A DNA stretch of 59,452 bases, filler included, from Platydemus manokwari (Eukaryota), in the NCBI GenBank assembly GCA_037951405.1. It is 4 parts of 4 records of this genome, joined end to end, with 100 filler letters (N's around TTAATTAATTAA, not from the genome) between each part and the next. Parts side by side here need not be neighbours in the genome. Positions count along the whole stretch, not along the records: positions 12,615 to 25,035 come from JBBMOY010144455.1; positions 25,136 to 44,715 come from JBBMOY011844722.1; 2 more parts are not named here. One strand, written 5' to 3'. The notes beneath the pieces were generated by a model, which saw only the letters and a list, made by a program, of their open reading frames with translations, was not told the origin of the DNA and did no database searches. The position numbers were made by a program, and so were the translations under genes. Of the stretch, positions 15,700 to 26,239 are shown in pieces (positions within the stretch are counted from its first letter, which is position 1; each line of letters begins with the position of its first letter).

Positions 15700-16180
15700 T
15701 CATCCTATTATTTTCTCATTTCATTTTTCTGATAATCTTCTAATTTTGTAATTCTGGTTAATTCGGTTCTAGCGTAGAAATCCTTGAATTCTGTATTCTG
15801 ATCACTTTAATTCGCGTCTGAAAATTCTGGTAATTATTCTCTTACAATTGGTACTATTTCTCTTCTTACTCAGTTTCTGTTTATTCTGTTAGTACAATCC
15901 TAACGGTAAACTATGTGCGAACTTCTAGTGAAATTTATGCAGTCAGCAACTGAGTGCCCTTACTTTTTAGTGCAGCACTGTAGAGAACTAAGTACCCACC
16001 ACCTCATGCTGTTTAATCACCAATTCCAGAAATTGATGTTGTTTAGTTCTAAAATCGGTCTAAACAATTTCGCTGATTGACTATCTTACAGTCAGGCCAA
16101 AGTCCGTTTCTTTTTATCTTCACTAATTGGCACTTTGGTCCTGACAATATACTAAATTCACGACAATTTCCGAAGTCGGA
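15700..16180 (-). mobile_element. Decayed retroelement gag remnant
   Basis: Zinc-knuckle relic QCCTKK*GHSVADC around 15985-15940 on the minus strand. Confidence 0.35.
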
Positions 16181-16897
16181 AATTGGTTTCTATTTTTAAT
16201 TAAACGATTCAGTCAAACAAACTGAATTATTTAATAATTTTATTATTTATTCTTAATATTATTTTGTTTAACTATTTATTTTTAAGTAAAATAATTTTAT
16301 TTTAATAACAATTATTCTGTTTTAGTTATATTTATTTATTTTCACATTTAGATTATTTCAGCGCAAATTCCTTTAATCCTTTTTTATCAAGTAATTTTGT
16401 TATTTCCTTTTATTAACTACGTTTATTTGGTGGGCTATTCAACTGCGATAAATAATTAAAAGTTGAAGTGTCGTGTCCTGAAAAAATATAAAATCGGTAA
16501 AGGATCTAGTTGCTCTTTGCTCCGAATAAAACTTAAGAAAAATATTTATTTTAGACTCCTACAAATTCGATATCGAATTTAACAGCTGATGATTTAACAG
16601 CTTTCAATTAATTACCAGCAGCGATTGGTAAAAAATTATAATATTAAGAATAATAATTATCGAATTATCTGTTGAAACATGATTATAGAATACGAAAGTT
16701 GACGCACAATTAATAACCGATTTGTGCGTTTATATTGTTTCTGTGTTTATTTGGTTTTGTTCATAACTGCGTTGTGTGTTTTCCTAATTGGTTGATTGTT
16801 TTTCTTGACTAATTATGGGTTATTTTCCAAGATTTATTCAGCACTCGGGCTGGTTGATATGTCAGTATGGGGTTTCCATAACTATGTGTTCAATATC

Positions 16898-16898
<1 letters not shown>

Positions 16899-16930
<32 letters not shown>
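16899..16930. repeat. (ATT)n microsatellite
   Basis: Direct inspection. Confidence 0.85.
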
Positions 16931-16931
<1 letters not shown>

Positions 16932-17911
16932 TATTTATTTTTATTATATCAATAATGATATCAATTTATTATCATTTTATTATTCTCCACTTATTATTAT
17001 TATTACCACAAGTTATTTTTCAATAAGTGGCCTTTCCGTATCGCTCAATATCGATTTGATATTATTCTTATGCTGATTTATTATTATTCTCATAAGTGGG
17101 CATTCTGTATCATTAATCATTATTCTCAAAAGTGCCCCAGTTATTAAATTAATTTTGGTACCAATTATTATTTTAATCAATTATTATTTTACAAATTATT
17201 GAGATTATTCCGATGTCAAATTCTCACATTTCCATTCTTAAGAATGTTTGAATGAACGGGAATTTTATCTTTATAAAACACTAAAAATTATATTTAACAA
17301 ATATAATTAAAATATAAATATTTTTTAAACTTCCGATTATAAATCCTTTCAATTCATTTGAAATGTAAAGTTTATTCTAGTTTTTGCTAGGTTTTCAAAA
17401 ATATCACAACTTTGACTTGAAAAGCTAATCTAATTAAATATGAATAAAATTTTGAAATAAAATTTTTTCACAAATCTATTTCAAACATGATAATAATAAT
17501 AATGATTTCCCTGTGTGCTTATTTCAAAATTTTGAAAGGAAAACAAATTTAAGAATAATAAAAATTGATTTTATAATAATGAAAATTTTTAAGATAATTT
17601 TTTATGATAACCAAGAGATGCGCAATATTATATTAAAACAACAAAATGTATTTTAAATATAATAGGATAGAATAAAAAAAATAAAATAAAGCAACATGAT
17701 GATATGATAATGATAAATTAAGTAAAATATCAATAAGAAATAAAGATGTTTATCACAACACTAATAAATGACTCAAGATATGATCAAATCAATAAACGTT
17801 GTCAATAAAATAACAAGTAAACCGCCCAAATAATAATGAGAAATAAATAAATCACAACATTTACTGATGACGCAAGATGTGAACAGATCACTATTAGTAC
17901 TAATCCTTGCT

Positions 17912-18817
17912 CTAAACTATGTAATCTCCAGCTGTGTAATCATAAAGAGCACATTGTTTGCCATTTTTAACAGAAAAAGAAACGCATCTTGTCGTCCTCA
18001 TGCACAGTATTCCACATTCCATATTTGATAGAACTTGCATTTTCATAAAATGTTTCGGAGTTCCATAAGGCTTATAGGGTTCAATCAAGCGATCTATAAT
18101 AATGTAATCAATAATCACATTTACATTAATCAATATACAAATCATTGAATTAGATTTGATAAATTCATAGCCAAATACTTCCACCTCACACATATTCATT
18201 GCTTCTAAATGAAAATATTTCGAAATAATCACTGATCTTGCAACCTACAGAATATCATTTATAGGAAAAACAGAAAATAATCAATACAAATCTATTAAAT
18301 ATGATATCAGTCTTGGTGGCTTTCTTTACTGAACTATAGTATGTATATCCGTACCGCTTCGCACTTTTATTTGAAATGTCATCATAACTGCCTATAATCC
18401 AAAGCTGCCTGGGAGGGTATTCTTGAATTTAATGAAATGTGAGATTTACAGAATAACAAAAAGCCAACTTAGCTTGTCAAGTCTAATATAAATTCGAATC
18501 ATTGTAATGACAGAAACATGATCGAGAATCACACCCCAATATTTAGTCTTATTCTCACCATAGCTTTGATAACACGAGTCTAAAAAATGAATAAAACTAT
18601 CGATCATTGAATGTATTCACCATTGCCATAAATTCCATCAACAGCTTTCTTATGCGAATAATATATGCTGTCATTGAAAATATTAGCAGCAGATGTCGGT
18701 TTATCTCTTGAAAGCAGAGTAACTAAGAAGAGTTTATTGATAAATATAAAAGTAAAATATGTTACCATTAGCAGCATTGATATGAGATACCAGATAGAAT
18801 AAATTAATAAAATACAT
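17912..18817 (-). CDS. Secreted F-type lectin (fucolectin/FTP, F5/8C-like) domain + PAN/apple domain protein, 6 exons, ~228 aa
   Basis: Exons 18817-18766, 18722-18621, 18579-18469, 18421-18288, 18244-18139 and 18093-17912. Five GT-AG introns of 43/41/47/43/45 nt all keep the frame (687 nt total). Hydrophobic N-terminus; FTP motifs LSRDKPT, KAVDG, YWGVIL, IRIYIRLD, ARSVII, MCEVEVFG; PAN motif ECGILCMRTTRCVSF...QCALY. Confidence 0.8.
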
Positions 18818-19199
18818 TTCAATATTTAGCAACAAATGATGCATTGCGAATGGAGATAAATTAAATTGGGAAATGAAATGAAATGACGTAACTATAGTTA
18901 TGATATATTCGATTGAATTTCAATTTTTTACTGGCCAATTAAAATGGGATGTTGAAAAAATTACTTAAGCATTCACATTTACTTATGCTTCATTGGGTTA
19001 GTTAGATTTTTTTGAAACGTAAGTAAATTTTATTGGTCCGGACTTTATCTAAGATTGAAATGAGACCAAATACAATGAATATTTTGAATGTTTTATATAT
19101 TTCATTTTTAGACATTTATCTTTAAACTAATAATAAAATGAAAGAAAAAAATGGATAATGATCAATAATAATTGTTGAAATTATAGTATTAAATAGATA

Positions 19200-20730
19200 G
19201 ATTTTAGAAAATGTACTCACGGATATATGAGAAAGCAGATGGTTGACAATGGAGTAAAATTGAGTGTAACATACATATCAGTTAAAGAAATTACAGCAGG
19301 TTCTTTTGGATGAAATGATATGATGAAGACTTGTGGGATTTTCCTTGCACGGATAAAATCAATTGATGCCAAGGACGTGGGAAAAAATACAGGGACCAAG
19401 ATAGATTCGAAATTGCACTGAATTATATTTCATTAAATAGGTGTGTACAATAAAATGGTTCAACTTTTATAGCATCTCGGATCGATTTGGGACTAACTTA
19501 TCTGGTTAAGTACAAAATTTGAACAAAAGCGAAACCAGAAGGCAGCCAATTAATTCAGAAATCAAAATTCCAGAATTGATAGAAAAATTAATGCCATAAC
19601 GTCTTGAAAAACTCCTGTAACTCTCCTTCGGTCATATTTTCAAAATAAAACAATAGACTAGGATGTGTTTCGACCTCTAAAAATTAAACGAACAGTAGTT
19701 TCTTCTCCGGTACCTGATATCAAAATGTTATTGAACTCGGTATATGGGAGGATAGTTTTCTTAAGTATAAATTTAAACCAAGCATATTATCAAGTCAAAC
19801 TTGAGGAAGATTCCAAGTTTAAAACGACATTCAGCACTAGAACTGGGCAGTTCCGTTTTAACAGACTATCATTTAGACTATGTTCCCACCAGCAACTTTT
19901 CAGACTCTACTAAATACAATATTCAAGGATTCAATTTAGAAAGGCATTCTTGTTGTTTATGGAAGAACACTAGACAAACACAAGGAGAAACTCAACAAGG
20001 TTTCCAGGTTGATTAAATCATTAGGTTTGAAAATCAATCCAGATAAATGTGCTTTTGGCACAAGGAAATTGCATGTCTGGATCATACAGTTAGTGCAGAA
20101 GGTATAAGAAGCAATAATGACAAAGTAAAGAAGATTAAGGAAGCAATAAAAATAGGTTTCATTACACAGTTAAGACGATTTATTATTAACTAGGCATTGA
20201 TTACAGATTTGTTATATACGATGATGACCGGAAGTGACAAGAAATTGGAGTGCACTACAGACTGTGAAAGGAACAATTATGCACCGATTGTGGCCTTTCC
20301 GAATCAAAACAAAGAGATGATTTTAGATACTGACGCTAGTTTCGGAGCGAATCGAAAAGAAGTAAATTCTTGTGCCAAACATTTATTCGTAAAAACTAAC
20401 GAGATACCACATGAAGAGTTGTGCTATATCGGTAGTAAGAAATTGGTTGATCAGATTGGTGTTGATACTGCGCACTTTGGGTAATTTATTACTAAAACAA
20501 AGCACCTGTTAGTTATTTTAGATAGATAATAAGTAAGATAGTAATCTTCGTGCAACTTATTTGACAAGATGATATCAGTATTTCCACGTCTATCATAGAT
20601 CTTTGGGTATCATGGATCTTTAGGTATGGTGCTCCAAAATCAATACTCACTGATCAGGGTAGAGTCTTTGAGAGAAAGGACATGAAGCAAGAATTCACCT
20701 CCACATACCAACACCAGGTAAATGACTTAC
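19200..20730 (+). mobile_element. Ty3/Gypsy LTR retrotransposon pol remnant (RT, RNase H, integrase pieces)
   Basis: INLNQAYYQVKLEEDSKFKTTFSTRTGQFRFNRLSF (RT); GLKINPDKC; PIVAFPNQNKEMILDTDAS (RNase H); YGAPKSILTDQGRVFE (integrase). Many stops and deletions. Confidence 0.88.
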
Positions 20731-23571
20731 GATATTTATTATTATCATTAAAAATTTCATATTTTGATAGCAGCCAGTGGTATGTAAATGATGTATGTTT
20801 GTGATTAATAATATTTGAGGTTAAATCTCAAATATTTCTTTGAACCTCAAATAAATTAAAGGATAATTTTATAGATCAATCTGATTGGTTCAAAAATGTT
20901 AAATTATACTTAATGATATACACAGTTAAATGAGATACAACACCATTGTAATCATTAAAACGTTAATAATAATTGATATCAGAACAGGATCTCTTTCCAA
21001 TACTTTTTCTGACATTCAGTTCAGAAACACCATTTGGTTATTTAACTAGTACAATTTATCTTTCGATCAAGGATATGCTTCATTCACTTATTTTGTCATT
21101 TCATTTCGGGTTTTTATTTTAAATTTTAAAATTAATATTTATTTATTATTTTTGTTTTAATTCATTTCAATCGTTTAATGCTTATTTTATATTTAAATGT
21201 GATTTAGATTTCCGTTATAGATTTCTGTGTTATCGTTCCGTATCATTCCATATTATGAGATTGATTTTTAACTTTAACCATCTATTTATAATAAGACCAT
21301 TTTCTAAAATTTCTTGAGGGAAATGTATCAAAAACTTTCAAACATGTTATATCTGTTATTTCATTTGTTTGACTCATTCTCGATTATACGAGTCAGCTTT
21401 CATAAAATAAAAGTGATATTATAATACAAATACTGAAGAATGGAAGCACATGAAGGCAGGTTGTGAGCAGACAAAAATGGAAATAGGAATTGAAAATAAA
21501 CGCATTGATAAAAAGGTATCAAATATTATGTAATGTAGAAGAAATAACTCTCATTTGGGTTTCGTTAACATTCTTGATTGTTATGAACAAGATCATTTTC
21601 GCAATTCTCAACAGCTAGTTTCATATGTTATTTCATTTTTATTTATTCTTACTACTTGTTATATTTTTGTAAAGTTATTAACTAAATCAACTAATTTGTG
21701 AAACGTTATCATACAATTTCAACAATGGACGATTGCTGTTTGACTTTTTTTAGGAATACGCAATGTGGTTTAGAAGACGAACAACAGGCGGTCAAAATTA
21801 TTTGCGGTTTTTTATAAGATTGTTATCTTTTTGGCGTGTATGAGAAAATGATGTTAGGTTAATTTAATTTTTGCTATTAAGCCATCCGTTAGGGAATTGT
21901 TGTTTTGGTTACAATATAGTGAATAACTTTGAAAGTTTGAAAACTCTAGTATTGGATCGCAATATGAATTAATTTATTATTAACAAATTATTACAAAATT
22001 TTTAACATTAATTATTATCAAATGTGAATTCTGTAAAGCTGATATTTTAATAAAATATAAATTAAAAAATAATTTTTGAAAAATAAAAACGGTTCCAATA
22101 GTAAAAAAAGCAATCGGTTTCCATCGAAAAAGTTTTTATTGATTATATTATTCTGGATATTTAAAATATGTGGCATTTATCCAACTCCAAGCAAAAATTG
22201 AATAACTGATTGATAAATTTATTGATAAACAAATTTTACAATGGATTACGCAAACTAGGATAAGAGTCATTTAGTATTTAGCTTCCTCGCAATGCTAAAA
22301 TCAATTAAATAATAATCAATAATGTTTGTAATAGAGTTTATCAAAATTACACATTACATTATCGTGCAAGTTTTTCAAATTTTTATATGGCCATAAGGAG
22401 ATTTTGTTCCAATATATGAAAAAAGTGAAGAGGCATTGTTTTCGTATGTAAATATTTAGCTGTTTATTTTGGGTTTGTGAATTTGTGAATAAACTTGAAT
22501 AAAAAATATAAAATTTTGTAAAAAGAAATATTTGTTGTGATTTTGTTGAATAGTTATGAGTTTGTTAGAAAAATTAGACTTGATTAATTTTGAGTGTTAA
22601 CAAACTTAATCAATATATTAATAAAATTATCTTTTTCAAAGATATAGATCAGCTCGGCACAGCATGTACTTTATTATTACCCTCTTTCTTACTTTTTAAA
22701 ACTTCCCCGGTTTCTTTTCATTTTTCTCATTTTTCTTATAATTACTTATTTTTATTAATTAAATAAATTTATTTTTTCTTTAGCTTGAAGATTTACGACA
22801 CTGATAGGCAATACCAGTATCCGACGCGATACCATACATTCAATAACATGAAGAAAGTAAACAAAAACAAAGTTCACCACATTGAACTCGTAAAATGTAG
22901 CTAATAGTCTCTGACAACATACCTACAAAAAAATTTTGGCAGGTTAAATTGTCTCGAATATATACTCGATGTGAACTTTTTTCGTAGTTGTAATAATATG
23001 AATTACACCACGATACTTTTGTTAATAAAAAATGTCGTTAGAAAATTTGGAATATTTTAGTAAAATTATATGATAAATGGGATATATCGATGTTTCTAAT
23101 CAATTACTCCCAGAAGTCAAAGGCACGTTATATATTTACTAAACTGAATAATGTCAATACTACTAATGTTGGTGCCTGGGGTTCAGATGTTAAAAAACAA
23201 TTAAGTTAGACTAGAAAAACAAAAAAATATTTAAAAGTAATATCTAAAAGTGGATATGAAGTATTGTAAATCCAATAAAAGAATGGTGTAACTATACAAG
23301 ATTATTGCTTTTAAAAATCACTTAAATAGGAGGCTTATGAAAATCATTATTCTAAAATTTGTATGAAAGATGGTATCGCTAAATTTACTAAACCATTTTT
23401 AGAACCGGAACTGTATCCTTACATGTTTGATGGACGTTTATAACCCTATGGGTTAACATTCGTAAAATGATTGTATCATTTCACATAGATTTCACCTTGT
23501 ATGGCGACCCTAAATGAATGAAATTAAGTAATTTTGTTTAGAAAATGTATTCATTTCTCATGAATTTTTGT

Positions 23572-23576
23572 AAAAA
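23572..23576 (-). terminator. Pol III terminator (TTTTT) of the 5S copy
   Basis: T5 run immediately 3' of the 5S mature end on the minus strand. Confidence 0.75.
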
Positions 23577-23677
23577 GTCTTCGACACCGCGTATTCCCAA
23601 CTAGTCACCCACGTAAGTACTAACACGGCCCTACTCTGCTTGACTTCGGAGGACGAACGAGATACGGTATACCCAGA
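23577..23677 (-). rRNA. 5S rRNA gene copy, 5'-truncated (about nt 18-19 to the 3' end)
   Basis: Minus strand reads TCTGGGTATACCGTATCTCGTTCGTCCTCCGAAGTCAAGCAGAGTAGGGCCGTGTTAGTACTTACGTGGGTGACTAGTTGGGAATACGCGGTGTCGAAGAC. It matches eukaryotic 5S hallmarks (ATCTCGT, GAAG..AAGC A box, GTTAGTACTT, TGGGAATAC C box). The first ~17-18 nt are replaced by a T-run. Confidence 0.92.
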
Positions 23678-23721
23678 AAAAAAAACAAACCTTTATTTAT
23701 TAAAAATACAAATAAATCAGG

Positions 23722-23900
23722 AGGTCGACTAGCCAAGAGATTGAAGGTTGCGTGACCACAAGGCAGTACCCTTAAAGAGAATCAGGTTGGTCCAGTCAAA
23801 AGGTATGAACCTGGAAATCAAGAAGGGCACTGATCTCAGACTACCTCATAGAAGGAAAAAAAGGTATCACAAAACGTTGCAAGAACAAGCTAGTCGACCC
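23722..23900 (-). ncRNA. ~180-nt multibranched structured RNA domain (unassigned)
   Basis: Closing stem GGGUCGACUAGCU/GGCUAGUCGACCU (13 bp); inner stem CAGUGCCCUU/AAGGGUACUG (10 bp); nested CAGGUU/AACCUG; hairpin UACCUU/GAGGUA. The G-U wobbles work only on the minus strand. Confidence 0.6.
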
Positions 23901-23978
23901 GCTTCTTAGAAGTTGGATTGGATTGGATTGAAGCCCGGAAGATTCATCACCGTCGAATAGTAAGGTTCATCGGCATTG

Positions 23979-25035
23979 AATCACCACCTTCTGTTTTGCT
24001 CGAGAGCGCGAAGGCAGTGACGATCTGAGCAAATACCAATCTCTGTTTTGCCAGAGGCTCGAAACTGATATTGCCAGATTCTTCGGGAATTCTTCCAACT
24101 CTACTCTATTTTGCCTTTGGCTCGAGTAAGAGTCAATCCCAGAGATCATCGGACAAGGTATTGACGCAGACTGATCTCGATCATTGAAGCGGGCTTTTGA
24201 TTGGAAATTCTTTTGGATTGGCTGAACTGATCATCAGAATTCGTATTCAGACATCGAATCGGATTAAGTCCACGAATATTTGAACCATCACCTTCTGTTT
24301 TGCTCGAAAGCTCGAAGGCAATGGCGATCCAAACAATTATCAAGTTCTGTTTTGCCAAAGGCTCGAAAATGATAATGTCGGATTCTTCGGGAATTCTGAT
24401 AACTGTGGTCTGTTTTGCTCGAGAGCTCGAACACAGTTTTTCCCACTTGATCATCAGCAATTTAGTCCTCAAAGTTCCAATCTTCTTTACTTGTTCCCGG
24501 AATAAGTCCGTTGTTCAATTCTCCATCATTTGCTAAATTTTCAAGAAAAATCTCAAGAAATTTTCATCAATTTAACAAAAAACATCACCGAATTGATAAT
24601 TGATTGTGTAATCACAACATCTGGCACCAGAGGGTTCTCAGTAGTCAGTCGTCATTAAGGTTCAACAATACTGAGGGATTAATTAGCTAAATTGGAAAAA
24701 ATTTCAAAGAAATTAGCTCCAAAAAGGCAAAAAATATCACCAGATTAATATGTGATCACGTAATCACATAATGATTGAAAAATATCATAAATTGATATTT
24801 TGAGCAATTATTGGCTACCATATATCAATTTTTGGACAGAATAAGCGGATTGAAAAATGGTAGCAAATTGTTCAAATATCCGATGAGATAGTGTATTTGA
24901 GGGACATCATTGATCATCGGAAGAGGCAACAATATGACTTGCTCGATCTTGCCCAATGATCTCTGTTTTGCCAGAGGCTCGAGAATCAATGGGAATGATT
25001 GTATCAACTCCTGTTTTGCTACGAGGCTCGGAGAT
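23979..25035 (-). repeat. Array of at least 8 stem-internal loop-hairpin units (+ strand core CTGTTTTGC-N5/6-GCTCG)
   Basis: Cores start at 23991, 24043, 24106, 24295, 24347, 24410, 24963 and 25011. Units 1-3 are duplicated as units 4-6 (304-bp offset). Each core is flanked by its own inverted repeat. Confidence 0.85.
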
Positions 25036-25674
25036 NNNNNNNNNNNNNNNNNNNNNNNNNNNNNNNNNNNNNNNNNNNNTTAATTAATTAANNNNNNNNN
25101 NNNNNNNNNNNNNNNNNNNNNNNNNNNNNNNNNNNTCGTCATTTGAATATGTTTCTGAATATTGATGTGTTGAGATTGAAATGAAAGAAATAAAATAATA
25201 AAAATGATTTATTTGAATTGATATTGGTGGAAAATATTAAAAAAATATAAATATTTTCATTGAGCATTCATATCGATTAGTTGATGTATGTGTTAGGATT
25301 TATAATTTTATTTTTATCTCACAATATTTTCATGTAGAATTGTCACACCTCGACTTTAAACGAGAAAAGTGATAAAATCAAGAAATCATTAAGTTAAAGG
25401 CGAGAACTCCGTTGCTGATTGATGTGTTGCTTTGATGCAGAACTTTATCCTTTGCAGAAATTTAGCCCAACTTTTCTCAGTGCTTTTGTCCTTTAAGGAA
25501 GCTGTCTCGTAACGTTCTGATAACTCTCTCTACTAATTTGTTCAATTGATGTTGGTATGGTGAGCAAAATCCTTGTTTGATTCCCAATTTTGAGCACTCA
25601 TCCTTCATAAATTTGCTTCCATATTGTTTCCCGTTATCAGATAGAATGCACTTTGTCTTTTCAAAACTATAAAT

Positions 25675-26020
25675 TGTAGAGTGAGATGAAATTCAGCAAA
25701 AAGAAAAACGAAATTACACCTTGGAACCCTTGTTTTGGCACTTTGAACATTTACATGCCTACATGACCATACAGGCATGCCAATTGCCCAATTACCGTGA
25801 AGCTAATTAGCAAATTACAATCCGGAAAAAAAAGGGCATAACTACACAGAACACACATCCAGGGATTGATAAATCCCATTCATGTAAAAACCTAAATAAC
25901 CAATAAGAACACAGAAAGGTAAACACCAAATCAAATTGTAGTGCATCATGGCACAGAAAGATGCACACAGATCGCGAATATAAAAGGTGATGTAAAGATG
26001 GACAACTGCCAGTTAGTAGC
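25675..26020 (+). repeat. LTR-like dispersed repeat, copy A
   Basis: Starts TGTAGAGTGAGATGAAATT. Collinear similarity over ~340 bp to the reverse complement of 43415-43749 (shared blocks CATGCCTAC, ACCATACAGGCA, AATCCCA, CAGATCGCGAATAT, GTAAAGATGG, TGCCAGTT). Confidence 0.7.
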
Positions 26021-26239
26021 CAGATTTGGTAAAACTATTGAGATCATATCGATTGTCGAGATTTTGTTAGAGTGTTTTGTATATTGATTTGTCGAGTTAT
26101 TGTCAGAGTGTTTTATATATTGATTAATATACCTTCGAGGAGTCAGAGTTTGATTTTCGTTAATAACCCAACAAAATACACGAATTTAAAAAAACCTCGA
26201 AGGTAATCTTTTCGTCTTGCTTAGATGTAACAGTGAGGC

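Larger units (their letters stand above)
23678..25035 (-). mobile_element. Putative retroposed element (3' UTR or non-autonomous) joined into 5S rDNA; runs into an assembly gap
   Basis: GC-richer than the flanks with no recognisable coding. Ends in AATAAATAAAGGTTTG-T9 exactly at the 5S truncation point. Contains a structured RNA domain and a hairpin array. Confidence 0.55.

Noticed and set aside
23722-23900. RNase P/MRP RNA (GUCUGAGA resembles CR-I; similar stem order)
   Set aside because: Too short. It lacks the GGAA of CR-I, a proper CR-IV and a canonical CR-V.
23967-24536. Short ORFs with repeated EPLAKQ/SSRAKQ peptides
   Set aside because: By-products of the nucleotide hairpin units. 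Unit spacing shifts the frame.
23979-25035. CRISPR array or tandem hammerhead ribozymes
   Set aside because: Eukaryotic context with no cas genes, and the 'spacers' pair around each core and are duplicated. The hammerhead core CUGANGA/GAAA is absent (AAAAC instead of GAAAC, no CUGA).
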